Part shown: positions 28,301-47,325 of the stretch, piece by piece | How positions within the stretch are numbered: position 1 is the first letter of the stretch | Layout of the letters: every line of letters starts with the position of its first letter | Source: the human T2T-CHM13v2.0 reference genome, Homo sapiens | Reading direction: 5' to 3' (one strand) | DNA: 64,000 nt | Assembly (NCBI RefSeq): GCF_009914755.1 | Contig: NC_060948.1 | Position numbers and translations under genes: made by a program | Notes under the pieces: model-generated | Databases searched by the model: none | The model's input: only the letters and a program-made list of their open reading frames with translations | What the model was told of the DNA's origin: nothing

Positions 28301-30374
28301 CAGAAATTGTAATTATTTGAGAAACATCTCCACCTGCGCAGTGAGGTAATATCTAGGATGATCAGAAGCAAAGATCTGTATCTTATTTTCCTTAGTCTAG
28401 GATGTTTTCATTACAATTTGCTAAATAACAAGGCAATTAGCTGCCTATGAAAGCCACCATAGTCAGAAAAGAGGAATAATGTCCATATACATCATCGAAT
28501 AATGTGATATTTTAAAGGAAAAAGGGAGTAAGAATTTTAAAGACTCGTCATTTACATTTGACTGGCAAATGGGCTTCTTCCTCCCTACAATCACAAATTT
28601 TCCTGAACATGGGGCTAATTAGATTTGTTAAAAGCAACAGGAGTACAGCATAAGTTGAATGTGTTACCATAACTGTCTGCATACAATTTCCCTTTTCACT
28701 TGTTGTATGTGTCCGTTAATTATGCTATTATCCAAGAAGTACAATCTGCCTAAGTAAAAATCCCTGAGGTCCAGCTTTGCCAGCAGGGCCCCTCCAGTGC
28801 CTGAGAATCAGCTGAGTCTCCCAAATTGAAACCACTACCAGAAACGGAGAGGGGCAAGGCAGACTCCCCAAGAACTGGGGACTTATCCACATGACTTATA
28901 CAGGCCTTAAAGGGCTCAGCCTTGTGGCCTGTGTCAGAACACATCTTCTCCCCTTTGTACTCTGATGTTGTCTACCTCAACAGAAGGTCACCGCCACATC
29001 ATCTGGGGCAATAGAGCACCGTAGCTAAGAGCTATGGACTCTTCATTCCCCAACTGGGTTTGAGGCCAGCCTCCATAATCAGAGGCTGCAAGCTTTTGGG
29101 CAAGAAACTTGACCCCTGCAGCCCTCTCTGCCATTCTCTGTGCTAAGACTGGCTGCTTCTTAGAGGTGGCAGGAGGCTGACACATACCCCCATGAGTGAA
29201 AGCACTGAAAACATGACATGCAGCGAGTCCTCAATGCTTGTGAACCAACACGACCATAGTGGACACCAACAAGGACAAGGGGCATGAATACTCTTTGGGT
29301 GTATGTTTCCTGAACATGGCACAGAGAATGTGTTCTGGGGTTCCTAGGCACTGTCCATCTAATGAGACTCGAAGCCCCAACACCCTGGGTAGATCTAACT
29401 GGCATAGCCCCAGCACCAGGTGATAAATCTGGATGAGGGGAGGCCAGGAATGACAGGCAGGTGGAGACATAGTTTGTGACATGTACACAAATGGGTCCCT
29501 CTCCTGTGAGGCTCCTGCCACCTAGGTGTTATACTGCCCCTCAACACTGAGGCCCGCTGACCAGACTTAGAAAGTAATGGATTATCAAAGCAGCCTATAA
29601 ACCAAGGGCTATAATTCTTCTGCTGGCTTCCTTCCTGGCCTGGTAGCTGACGTTGGTGCTTTCTGGTTCCTAAAGGTAACAGCTGGCCCTGAAGCCACTG
29701 GCACAGGAGACGGAACAAGAGATGTGACTGTGTCAGTGTGGACATATGAAAATCTACAGGACTGTAAATGTGTGGACAGCACAATACCTCCATCACTAAG
29801 GAGGACAAACCAAAGCAGAACAGCTTGCTTGCTGAGGTCCTCTGGAAGCTATCCTTGACACAAGAATCATGTTAGCACTGCACAGACTAATGCAACTTGT
29901 AAGTGCTACCAGGCAGGAAGTGCTCTGAGTGCCTTCCCATCCCAAGGGATGTCCAGCATTTCAGGGATCCACAGTGACAATTCACTTAAGAGCCTAGGAA
30001 AAAGATGTCATCACTTTTGTTAGACCTACTTCCAAAAAAAAAAAAATTGACTAAAAATTTAATTAAAGCATTTGGGATTTCTGTCCCATTAATCTATAGG
30101 TACTTGCTTTGGATGTTGGTGAATTAGTCAGCGGCCTCATTCCATAAAGGTGCATGTAGGTGAGTGTAGTTTAGCATATCTCTGTGTACATGTGGGTCTA
30201 CACACAAATACAGTGGCATCATAAGAAAAGGGCTAAAACGATGTACCCTAAATAGTTAAACACTGAGTAATGGTTACCTCCAGGGAGTGGGAGTTAGAAG
30301 GCTTCCAATTTTAATGCTATGCATTTTTGTATTGTGTGAAGCAAGTGTAATTTGTGTAATTAAAAAAAAAAAAA

Positions 30375-30684
30375 GCCCAGTGTGGTGGCTCATGTCTGTA
30401 ATCCCAGCACTTTGGGAGGCTGAGGAAGGAGGATTGCTTGAGGTAGGAGTTTTGAGACCAGACTGGCAATATATCAAGACTCTGTCTCTACAAAAGAGAA
30501 AAAAAGAAAAAAATCTTAGCTGGGTGTGGTGGCATATACTTGCAGTTCTAGCCATGCCAGAGGCTGAGGTGAAAAGATTGCTTCAGCCCAGCAGTTAGAG
30601 GCTGCAGTGAACTATGATAGCACCACTGTACTGCAGTCTGGGAAACAGAATGAGACTCTATCTCCAGTGGGGAAAAAAAAAAAA
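30375..30684 (+). mobile_element. AluJ
   Basis: Diverged dimer between two A-tracts. Confidence 0.88.
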
Positions 30685-30814
30685 GCATATCATGATTGTG
30701 TTTTTTTCTTTTTTTTATCCTGAAGGGATATTCTCCCTACTTAAGATCATCCTTTCATTCCTCTAGTGACAAATTTCAAGAAATGAAAAATTATGTGTTT
30801 CATGAGACACATTG

Positions 30815-30930
30815 GAAAGGAAAATCTCCTTTACTGAATCCACCAATTCAAATGCTAATCTCCTCCAGAAAAACCCTCACACACACACTCCAAAGAATAT
30901 ACCATCTGGACACCTCATGGCCCAGTCAAG
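30815..30930 (-). mobile_element. MLT2 (ERVL) LTR fragment
   Basis: accaattcaaatgctaatctcctccagaaaaaccctcacacac...tggcccagtcaag. Confidence 0.6.
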
Positions 30931-31689
30931 GGGGGTGCATGTCTTTTACCATCACCCTGGCCTTCCTCTGGCCCATCTCTTCTAGGCTGCAGGCATTGTG
31001 TGCCACAAACCCAGAGGATTCTCCCCAAGTGCAGGTTGCATTCTGACATGCCTCCTTTTAAAAATCCCAATAGTTGTCCCTATCCAGAAAGCAAACATAT
31101 GAGCTGGGGAATAAGAAGGTTAACTCATAAAGCCATAATTCCTCTCTGAAGCTTGTGAGCCATGAGAAGCTTGGCTTCATGCTGTATAGAAGCAAACTCA
31201 CTGGCAGACTGGAATCCCCCACATGTGCTGTTTTCCTTTTGAAATGGCTTCTCCAATCTGTATCTCTTTTGTTGTGGACTCCCAGAAGGTCACCCCCTAC
31301 CCCAGGAGCAGCCACTACTCCAAGAATATCTTGCTTTACTTAATTCTATATCCCTTTGGCAACTCTTTCCTGAATTTCTCATTTTGTTTGTAACAATATC
31401 CTCCCATGGGTTTTCACTTGGACACGGTAGATACGCCTAACCTCTCTCCCCAAATGGATGACACACTCCATTAGGAAAGAGATCTTTCTCCTGTGTGCCC
31501 CCAAGCACTTACTCAGCAATACATGCACAAGAATTCAGAGGAAAGAGAGGCAAGTTCTTAGCCGACTTCCAGAGGATGAGTGCCTTCCTGCCAGATGTTC
31601 CTAATGGAAAGGGTGGGGGTGTATCTGTAAACAGTCAGGAAGACAATGATGTAAGAAAATAAACCAAGAACAAAATTAAAAAGAAAAAA

Positions 31690-37094
<5,405 letters not shown>

Positions 37095-37407
37095 GTAGAA
37101 TGATGGAAACCATAATTATCTAAGTAAGCTAGAGGAGGAAGGCTTACTTACAAGAGGAAGACACGGTTTTGATAGAAAAAGGACCAGAGCCCATGTCATG
37201 TGCATCATGTCCATGTCATGACTGGTGTGTGCTTTTCAACAAAGCTGAGCAGGGATGGAGAATGACCTTACTGACTCCTCAAGGTGGGATTCAGAGTGAG
37301 GACTGGATCCTCCTGGGTTCAGAAATGACACAAGTGCCTTCTAGGAGCCACTCACTGGACCAGGTGTGACCACACACAATCCAAGTTTGTCTTACAGCAA
37401 AGCCTCA

Positions 37408-37572
37408 GGTCATAGTATGCTTGTGCAACTGTAACAGAATATCTGGGACTGGAAAATTTGTAAAGAATCGAAATGTATTTCTCACACCTCTGGAGGCTGG
37501 GAAGTCCAATATCAAGGCAACTGTAGGTCTGTCTCTGCAGAGGGCTGCTCCCTGTTTCAAGATGGTACCTTG
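37408..37572 (-). mobile_element. MaLR (MST/MLT1) LTR fragment
   Basis: gaaatgtatttctcacacctctggaggctgggaagtccaatatcaaggc. Confidence 0.65.
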
Positions 37573-38081
37573 CAGCTGCAAGGAATTCATCTATCCCAAG
37601 AAATTCATTACTGAAAGGATTTGTTCAAGATACAATGGAGGAAATCATCACAGGCTATATTTTGAATAAGATTTTCTGTTATCCCAAGAGAAGAGTTTTT
37701 TTTAAGTAATGCGACTTACATTTCCAGTTGTAATATTGTTCTGTTTTAAAATACCTAGAACTCACAAGAAATGCACCACATGCATTTTTTACTCTAAGGT
37801 TTGCACAATTTAAAAGACTTTATTTTCTTAAAATAATTTCAGTCTTGGCTGACTGACAGTTTACAATGACCCATGAAGCCATGTAGGAAATGCCTACAGA
37901 ATAAACTGCTCAAAATGATTTCCCACTAAGGACATCATAGGCCTGCCCACCTTTTTATAGAGAGGGGCTTCCAGAAACCTGATTAGGCAGCAAATAGGCA
38001 GCTGATATGCGAGTGCTTCAGGGCTGTTCTGCCTCGTCTTTCAAGTCCATTAGGTCCACCTTGTCTTCTTAGCAGCTAGAC

Positions 38082-38465
38082 TGACCAAGGCAAAAAGCCC
38101 TACTGTACCTTGATCAGGCAGACTTGCCACTGCTTCATAATCAGAGCAAAGACATACTTCTATACCATGATCAAGGCAAGGACATACCTCTGCACCATAA
38201 TCAGGGTGTTGATTCCCTAGTCACTGGCCCAGGCAAACATGTCCCTGCAGCATAATCTTGCTGATGCCCTGGTGATTGGCCAAGAAAGACATACCCCACA
38301 GAATAATAAGGCTGATTCCCTTGTGTTTGACCAAGGGAGACACACCCTGACAGCATAATCAGGCTGATTTTCTGGTGATGGCCAAGGCAGACACCCCCAC
38401 AGCAGGATTAGTCTGATTCCCTGGTGACTGGCCCAGGAAGACACCCCCCAGAGCCTAATCACAGC
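38082..38465. repeat. Composite minisatellite: ~4 x 29-bp units followed by 5 x ~51-bp units
   Basis: 51-mers start at 38211, 38263, 38314, 38366, 38415 (consensus gattccctggtgactggccaaggcagacacaccccacagcataatcaggct); 29-mers start at 38082, 38111, 38138, 38168. Confidence 0.85.
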
Positions 38466-40617
38466 AATCAGTCCTTGAAGCATGATCAGGCGCTGTTTCT
38501 CCTGGTAATGTACCATTCACTCTTGCCATTTAACTTGCTAAATACCTGCTTGGCCTCAGCTGTCACTTTGAAAGCAGATGAAAAATAATGATGTTGAATT
38601 AAGCCCTCCCTACAGGCAGCTTTCTTTTCTAATGAGGTCAAGATGACTTCCACAAACCAACATATCCTACCACAAAATTCTTTCAGAAGGAAAAGAAATG
38701 AAATTAAAGGTTATATTATGATCTACAGCTTAAGAACAGGAACAAAGTAGTACTTAAGCAAAATGAACACCTAGAAGAAGGAAGATGATAGCAGCAAATT
38801 TTGCTGAATGTAGTCACCAGAGCAATGACACTACAATGTCACCTTCCCAGGGGAATTCAGGCTTGGTGCAGATAAAAAACGAGGTGGGAGGAGTGGAAAA
38901 TGAATGGAAACTAGGCCTCCCAGAATGTTCTTTTAGGATGGAAGTTCTATTTTATTTTTATTTTTGTGACTGGTGTAATATTGAGCAGAAACCCTAAGGA
39001 AGAACACATTTCTGGATCAAAATTAGGCACAGCCTATCTTTCTGCTGTACACATCACATCCAACATTGCCCTCCTCTAGTTTGCTTTCCCTTCAGGTTAA
39101 GTATTATTTCTAATCATTTTGTCTTATCCTGCCTAATTCATTTCAGAATATCAAAGCGGCACATCATCTGACCGCTGTTGCTGGCACATCATGTGAGCTA
39201 GCATCCCAGCATGATTTTAAATTTCTTTCCAGTATTACCTTGTGCATTTCTTTATACTCTTCAATTCTTCTGCATGTTCTGCTCTGTCAAAGCACAGCTA
39301 ATTGTGTACATGGCACTCAGATATGATCATTTTCAAAGACAGACTTTCAATATCGTTGATAAGTCCCTACTCACAACCATGCAGCTAGGAGAAATTAAAA
39401 TAAGTATACCTGCATGCACACACACACACACATGCACACATACAAATTGTATGCCAAAAAAAAAAACCAAACAATTTGTCAAGTCAAAAAGAATTAAATA
39501 GTTTCTTTAACCCTGTCACCTGAAATAGGTCAAAAAGTAGTTAAAAAAATAAGAGAGCCATCTAGACAAGTTCTGTAGGACTGAACTAATTTTAAAAAAG
39601 TAGCTCCTGGCTAGTTGTTCATCTTTGATGAGTTTCTATGATTGGCACCTCACTTAATCTGATACCTGCTCACTTAGAAAGCCAAATGAAGACACTATGT
39701 TGATGAGATCATCAAGTAGATTCCATAAAACAAATTCACTACCACTCCACCCAAACTACCAGGCTAGCTAGATAAAACATCATTTTTTTAAGAATTGCAG
39801 TATAATATATTTCAAGTATATCTTCGCATGTAGAACAAAAAATATAGAAGACAAACCATATGAAAGGCTTGGGTAGATGAGCAAGAAATAAGACATATGC
39901 ACACCTCATACATCATGAGTGCTTTGTATGTTAAGTCAGAAGAAATGCTGGGTCACAGAATAACTTTATGGACAAACCTTAGCTACAGTAACAAAGAAAA
40001 AAAAACACTCATATGACTAAAATCAGAAATGCTAGGGCCCACGTTATAACCAATGCCACAAAAATAAATGGAGTATACCATTTGTTGGCATATCCTTTGA
40101 CAACAAATAGGATAACCTAAAAGAAATAAAAGAATTCCTACAAACAAACAACTTATCAAAACTGAATCATAAAGACAGAGAATCACTGAGGATTTTGAAA
40201 AGAGGGGAAAAATGAAGACACAGAAAATCTGAACAGACCTATAAGTAGTAAGGAGACTGAATCAATAATAAAAGAAAATATCCCCAGAAAGAAAAGCCCA
40301 GGACCAACTGGCATCACTGGAGAAGTCTACCAAACATGTAAAATACTGTATGAAAAACAAAATACAGATCAATATCCCTGATGAACACAGATTTAAAAAT
40401 CTAAATAAAATATTAGCTAACATTCCACAACAAATTAAAAGGATCATATACATGAACAAGTGAAGTTTATTCCTGGAATGCAAATACGTTAAACATATGA
40501 AACCACATTTACAGAATAAGAAACCAAAACATAAAGAAAAAAAAACCCTTAATTGATGAGAAAGAAAAAGCATTTGAAAAACTCCAGCACTCTTTCATGA
40601 TGAAAACACTCAAATTG

Positions 40618-40732
40618 ATGAGGCAGGAAAATCACTTAAACCCAGGAAGTGCAGCTTGTCGTGAGCCAAGATTGCGCCACTGCACTCCAGACTGGGTGAC
40701 AGAGCAAGACTCCATCTCAAAAAAAAAAAAAA
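40618..40732 (+). mobile_element. 5'-truncated Alu right-arm fragment inside L1MB
   Basis: tgaggcaggaaaatcactt...cactgcactccagactgggtgacagagcaagactccatctc plus poly-A. Confidence 0.85.
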
Positions 40733-42552
40733 GTTACCTCAACATATTGAAGGCCTTATATGAGAAGTTCACAGCTAATATAATTCTCAGCAAACACTGA
40801 CGCTTTCTTTCTAAGTTCAGGAATAAGACAAGGACACCCATCTGAACCAGGCAATTAGGCAAGATAACACAATAAAAGGCATCCAAACTGGAAAGGAAGA
40901 AACAAAATTATATTTGCATACTTGCTCACAGATTACATGATCTTATATATAGAAAACACTAAAATTCAGCACATTAAAAAAAGAAAGGTGTTAGAACCAA
41001 TAAACCAATTCAGCAAAGTTGTAGAATACAAATCAAACAAAAATCAGTTGCATTTTAATCTACTAGCAATGAATAACTTGAAGAGAAAATTAAAAACAAT
41101 CCCATTTATAATAGTATACAAAGAACAAAATACCTAGAAATAAGAGAGGTGAAAGACCTGCTTACTGAAACTACAAAACACTACTGAAAGAAAGACAAAT
41201 GAATTGAAAGATTATGCTCATGGGTGGGAAGGCTTAATATTGTTAAGATATTCATAGCATCCAAAGCAATCCTACAGATTCAATGCCATCACTATCAAAA
41301 TCCCAATGGCATTTTGAGCAAAAATAGGAAAAACATCCTAAAATACATATGAAATTTCAAGGGATCCCAAATAGCCAGAACAATCTTGAAAAAGGACAAA
41401 ATTGTGGGTCTCACATGTCAGGATTTCCAAATATATTACAAAGCAGCATTCATCAAAACAGTTCAGTACTGTCCTAAATACTAATAGAATAGAAGAGACA
41501 GCTCAGAAATAAATTGTCACACATTTGTCAACAAGCAGTCAAGACTATTCAATGGAGAAAAGATAAGTCTCTTCAACAAACAGTGCTTGGGAAAACTGGA
41601 TATCTACATGCAAAAGAATGAAACTGCACTCTAATTAACACCATATTCAAAAAATAACTCAAGGTGGATTAAAGTATTGAATGTAAGACCTAAAACTAAA
41701 ATGGCTAGAAGAAAATATAGGTTAAAGCTTCATGAAATTGGATTTGGCAATCGCTTCTTGGCTGTGACACCAAAAGCACAGGTAACAAAGGCAAAATTAC
41801 ACAAATAAGATGACGTGTCATATTCATCTAATCAAAAACTTATGCACACCAAAGATGACAACTAAGCAAAAAGTCAACCAGGAAGGGAGAAAATGATCAT
41901 AAGTCATATGTCTGAAAAGTGCTTAATATCCAGAATACGTAGGAACTCCTACAACATAAGAACAAAAAAAAATTAAAAATAGGCAAAGGATGGGCACAGA
42001 CATTTCTCCAAAGATAATGCAGAAATGGCCAAAAAGAAAATGAAGATTCTCACCATCCCCAACCATCAGATATGCAAATCAAAATCATAATAAGAGATTA
42101 ACTCACACCCATTAGGATGAGTACTGTCAAAAAAATCTAGAAAATGACAAGTTTTGATGAGAATGTGTAAAAATTTGAACCCTTATAGATTGTTGGTGGG
42201 AATATGCAATGGTTTAACAACTATGGAAAACAATATGGTAATCATTCAAAAAATTAAAAATAAAATTGCCACCTCATCCAGCAATTCCACTTCTGGGTAT
42301 ATCCCAACAGAACAGAAAGCAGGAACTCAAAGAGATATTTGTGCACTCATATTTACATTAGCATTATTCACAAGAACAGCTAAGGAGTGGAAGCAAACCA
42401 AATGTCCCTCAACAGATGAACAAATAAACAAAATGTGGTCTAACATAGCATGAAATATTGTTCAGCCTTAAAAAGAAAGAAATTCTTATTGCGTGCTCTA
42501 ACATGGATGAAACTTGAAGGCATTATGCTAAGTGAAATGAGCCAATCAAATA

Positions 42553-42824
42553 TTTTTGAGATGAAGCCTTGCTCTGGTGCAATGGCACCAGCTGGGCTCA
42601 CTACAACCTCCATCTCCCAGGTTTAAGGGATTCTCCTGCCTCAGCCTCCAGTGTAGCTGGGATTACAGGTGCCCATCACCATGCCCGGCTAATTTTTGCA
42701 TTTTTAGTAGAGATGAGGTTTCACCATGTTGGCCAGGCTGGTCTGGAACTCCTGACCTCAGGTCAGCCACCTGCCTCAGCTTCCCAAAGTGTGGGATTAC
42801 AGGCATGAGCGACCACCCCCAGCC
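42553..42824 (-). mobile_element. AluS inside L1MB
   Basis: Antisense dimer, ttttagtagagatgaggtttcaccatgttggccaggctgg. Confidence 0.9.
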
Positions 42825-44145
42825 AAAAGAAAAATACTATATAATTCTTATTTGAGGTACTTAGAGTAGTAAAAAACTTAGAAATACAAAGTAGAATGAT
42901 GGTTGTCAGGAGCTGAGGGTAGGGGGAAATGGGGAGTTGTTCAATGAGCACAGAATTTCAGATTTGCAAGATGAAAAAGTTCTGGAAGTCCATTGTATAG
43001 CAATGTGAGCAGACCTAACACTACTGAACTGTACACTTAAAAATAGGTAAGATGGTAAATTTTAGTTTTTAGTTTTAAATTTTAAATTTTAGCATGTGTC
43101 TGTGTGTGTGTTTCCTACCACAATTAAATTTTTACATAGTAACTATATGGTTTGTGTTTCATCAAGACTTGATAGAGTAACTTCATGTGCAAATGGTGCA
43201 GAAAGACACTAGAGGCAGAGAATTGAGTATCATGGTTCTCATACCCATGCCTGAGATTCACAGACACTACCATTTGTAGCAGATGCAGACAGAGTGATTA
43301 TAAAGGGTGTGTGTTTGCATGTGTGTGCACGCTTCCCAAGAATAGTCAATCCACGTTCGGATGTATGTATAAATATAAATAACATAAATTTCAAAGGTAT
43401 ATATGCTTTATATTAATACAATTTTAAATCAAAGATTACTCACATAACTGCAATTTTTTTTCTCCCCTGGCAACAGGAATTCTTAAGACAGAGTATTCAT
43501 CCTGTTATCACAGAAGAATCTTCAAATAGTCTATTTTCTATCTGTAATCTAGACCATTCTTGAATAAGAGGCAATTGGAAAGCCCATTCTGATTGATGTC
43601 AGTTAACAAGCCTGAAGTGAACAATATTGTCTTTCCTTTCAGAATAAAACAGGATACAAATAAAGCAATGGCTGAAGGGGACACAAACACACAGGGTAAA
43701 AATGAATTGGGCTTTTTACTTTTTTTAAATTAAGTTTCTTTAGGGAGATTTAGCTGCTTATCAATTTGCTAAGTTTGAATAGTTGCTGAAATATTAATCC
43801 TATATCAGATTTTGAAAAGAAAAATGCTAAACCATCTATTAAGTTAAACTTTGAAGCCATTCTGTCATTAACATAACTTTATAGATACCAATATAAACAA
43901 TGCTCAAATGTTTTTGGAACTCAGAAATAACTGAAACTAATGCATATTATTTTAATAAGACTTTAAAGAGAAAATTGAATCACAGCATCAGCCAAACTCT
44001 TTCAGGAGCACCAAGAAGAGGCTTAGTTTTGAGACTGAGGAAAAGAGGACAAACTATGTATGCCCTGCACTACTCTTTAAAGTTGAGTTACAAATCTGAT
44101 TGCTAATATTCCCAAACCATCCTGCAAACAGCAAGGCAATCGCAC

Positions 44146-44359
44146 CTGGTGTGAGCACAGCTGTGGGGAACACTTCCCCTTAACTTCCTTTGGTTTTCTT
44201 CCATCAGCTCCTCTTTGGACATCGGGAGCTGCAAGATGGGTATCTGTGCTGCCTCTAATGCAATCTTACCCATAACCAGGGACTTTATATCCCAGCTGTA
44301 TTTCTCATCATAGTGATCACATATTTCTTCAAACACCACTGAGTACAGCCATTCAGTAT
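44146..44359 (-). pseudogene. PUDPP1: PUDP-like exon 2 (214 nt)
   Basis: Translates to [60 protein letters not shown], then [10 protein letters not shown] in a shifted frame. Acceptor tttatttttctgcAG, donor CCAG|GTGCGA. Confidence 0.9.
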
Positions 44360-46063
44360 CTGCAGAAAAATAAAGACACAAAGACAGAGATTTTTAGAGT
44401 GCATATAAGAGTAAGTTTGTATCAAGTCAGCAAAAACACACTGTGTAGGTAGCATCCTATGAACAGAGGTTTTCATGGTGACCTAAGTGAACAGGAGAAA
44501 GGTTTGCAGGTCATTCTCACTAAATTATACTGTGGGCATCCTCCTCTCAAGGCTGCTGGAATTATGTCTGGAGTTGTGATCTGCAAATGTGGAACTCAGG
44601 AGAGAAATGAAATCTGTATTATTGTGTTTTCTGTTCAAATGTACATATTTAATCTAAATATGTCCTTGGAATGGTCAATTCCATCTGATAGCACAAGGCA
44701 TCATTACTTGGTGTTCCCAACAACATGGAAACCACCATCAACTGACAAAGTCCACTGTATGGCCCAGTAGTATTAAGGACATTTCCACTGCCCAGTGGAA
44801 TGAGTCCCCACCATGTCTGGCCAGGATGCTGCTGTGAAGCTCCCAGGTGAGAGCAGAATATTTAGGATGGTGAAAGCTGACCTGAGAATTAACTCCCGGC
44901 TCGGCACTTACTTGAAGCACAGCCTCAGAAACACAGTAGAACTGCAGGTGACTCCTTCCCTCATGTTTACACAAGGTGGACAGGAATACTGCTAATAATA
45001 ACACCAGTACCACTAATATAGGCTACATTACACTACATACAATATAATAACTAGTACTAGCTCACACCCATTTCTATTCATGTGTTTTTTCTGTATGTAT
45101 ATTTAATATATACATAGTATCAATTGCACTCATATTACCAATAAGAATACTACTGAGGATGCTACTACAGTGAAATAATCCTACTTTACAGAATTAATAC
45201 TTCAGGGCACATAAGTAACATTCTAGTGCCAGCCTGCTAGGGCATACTTGTTACACACTAGCTGTCTTCCCCACTCTTACTGTCTCCAGTGTGGGCCTAG
45301 AAAGATTACTTTACTGAAGAACCAACTAACTGACCTGCTAGGAGGCATTATGCCAAAAAAATAAAATAAAAAGAAAAAGAAATACTTTAACACAGAGGAA
45401 TGTCTACCAAGTGGAATTTCAAAACCAGGTAAGCTCCATGGAGCTGAGTGTTGCCTGGTGACAATCCCCCCAAGACCCCAGTGAAGGCAGAAGGCTGTCC
45501 TGAGGCTTGGGCAGAGCCCTTGTCTTCTAGTCTGTGGTGGCACAGAGGCAGTCCCTGAACCTGAGAGGCTGGGAATAGTCCTGTTTACACCTGATTTAAA
45601 AAGAAGACACACAGATGCATCTGACAAAAATCTGAATTCAAATTCAGTTAGAAGACTGGCCACCTGTCCTAGATTTAGCACGGAAACCTTCCCATGGGGT
45701 GTGGAGCAGCATTAGCAGGATGTAGTCTACCCTGAATCTGTACAGCTGTACCCAACAAGACCTGAAAAGAGCAGGTGATCTCAATGGCCTTTAACTGTCC
45801 CACAATGACAGAAACAAATATAATAATCATCCCTAAATACTACTTTTTTTTCCCCATAAGATAGTATCTGGGAGACATAGGACACACTGAGGGAAGTAAT
45901 GTGTATGCACAGAGAAGGCTGTGTGTATCCAAGAGGCATATAAGTCTTCCTACTCCTGTGTATGTTCACATGCTTACATGCACATAGGCATGCATGCTTG
46001 TCTCTAATTGCTTCAACACATTTTGAAAGTTGGCAGGGTATGAATAGCTATTAAAAGAGTTAT

Positions 46064-46353
46064 GGGCTAGGTGGGGTGGCTCATGTCTATAATCACAGTA
46101 CTTTCATAGGCTGAGGCAGATGGATTGACTGAGCTCAGTAGCATAAGACCAGCCTGGGCAACATAGCAAAACCCTGTCTGTGTTAAAAATATAAAAAAAC
46201 TAGCTGGACTGCTGGCACATGTTGGTAATCCCAGCTACTCAGGAGGCTGAGGCAGGAGAATCACTTGAACCTAGGAGGTTGCAGTGAGCTGAGATCATGC
46301 CATTGCACTTCAGCCTAGGTGACAGAGTGAGATTCTTTTAGAAGAAAAAAAAA
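46064..46353 (+). mobile_element. Alu (J/S-type)
   Basis: Full dimer; TSD aaaagagttatgg / aaaagttatgg. Confidence 0.88.
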
Positions 46354-47199
46354 AGTTATGGCAGGTTTTAATTCCAAAATATCTGCTACTCTCAGAAAAG
46401 CATGCAGAGGGCTGCCTGCCGGGCAGTGTGGGATTCACTGTGTCAGGCATGGAGGAGGCCGGGAAGGTCTCTTGTCAGCCCTCCCACAATGGTAGGGCTA
46501 CCTGTGCTTTGTCTCCTGCATCTTTCTCACAGGAAGTGATGGTCATCTGTATAGACACATGGCCTGGGCAGGCAACGATATCCACCACCTATTTACAAAA
46601 TTCCTGAATGTACCAAGAGCAGAGTGCTGCTGTCTCAAGAAAGACATTTCTCATGTGGCCCTGTACCCTGTCACTTCAACAGCATCCAAACTGTATCTCT
46701 TGGCAGCTCCTGTAGTATTTTTCTAGGGCTCTTGCCACCTTGTACTCAGAGGTCTGGGCTTGTTGATTGCTCTGACTGTCACGGTGTGGACTTTGCCTCT
46801 GTGTGTGCTTCTCTCCTTGTCCCAGGGCTCACCGCACTTGCCTAGTGAACCAGCTCTTCCTCCTTGGGATGGGGCTGAGGCTGAGCCCAGTCTGCCCTGT
46901 GGACAGTGAGAGGCTGGTTGTTGTGGACAGGTCTCTTCCTTGGGCTTTTTGGTGTCCACTGCCCTGCACTCCCCATCCTCCTTCCTCCTCCTGAGCACTG
47001 ACCCCTTCTGTGGCCCTCTTTCCTGGGCTCTTTGCCTCTTTATGGATACCCTGGCTTTGACTGCTACCAGCAACAAGAAGAGCCCTCCTCCATTCTTTCT
47101 CTGCTTTTCTTGGCAAATTCACCCATAGCTGCATGCCAGGTGCCACTTCATTGTCAGCCTGTAATATTTTTCTCCTTGCTTTTCTACCACAACTGTATT

Positions 47200-47325
47200 T
47201 TATTGTTTGTAGATATAGGAGCCATGACCTTTGGCTTAGGCTGGTCTCAAACTCGTGGGCTCAATTGATCCTCCAAAATAGGTCTCCCAGTGTTGGGATG
47301 AGGGCATGAGCCACCATGGCTGGCC
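47200..47325 (-). mobile_element. Alu monomer (FLAM-like)
   Basis: aggctggtctcaaactcgtgggctcaattgatcctcc...gcatgagccaccatggctggcc. Confidence 0.75.

Larger units (their letters stand above)
39985..43112 (+). mobile_element. Old L1MB-type element (ORF2 3' two-thirds plus 3' UTR)
   Basis: Degenerate RT (LTDYMILYIEN) and C-terminal motifs; L1MB 3' UTR (gaatttcagatttgcaagatgaaaaagttctgga...ctgtacacttaaaaat). Confidence 0.88.

Noticed and set aside
38082-38465. CRISPR-like array
   Set aside because: Eukaryotic context; units are homologous along their whole length, with no unique spacers and no cas genes
44103-44381. ORF as a functional PUDP CDS
   Set aside because: Starts in the intron, frameshifts near the exon end, and splicing to the next exon hits TGA
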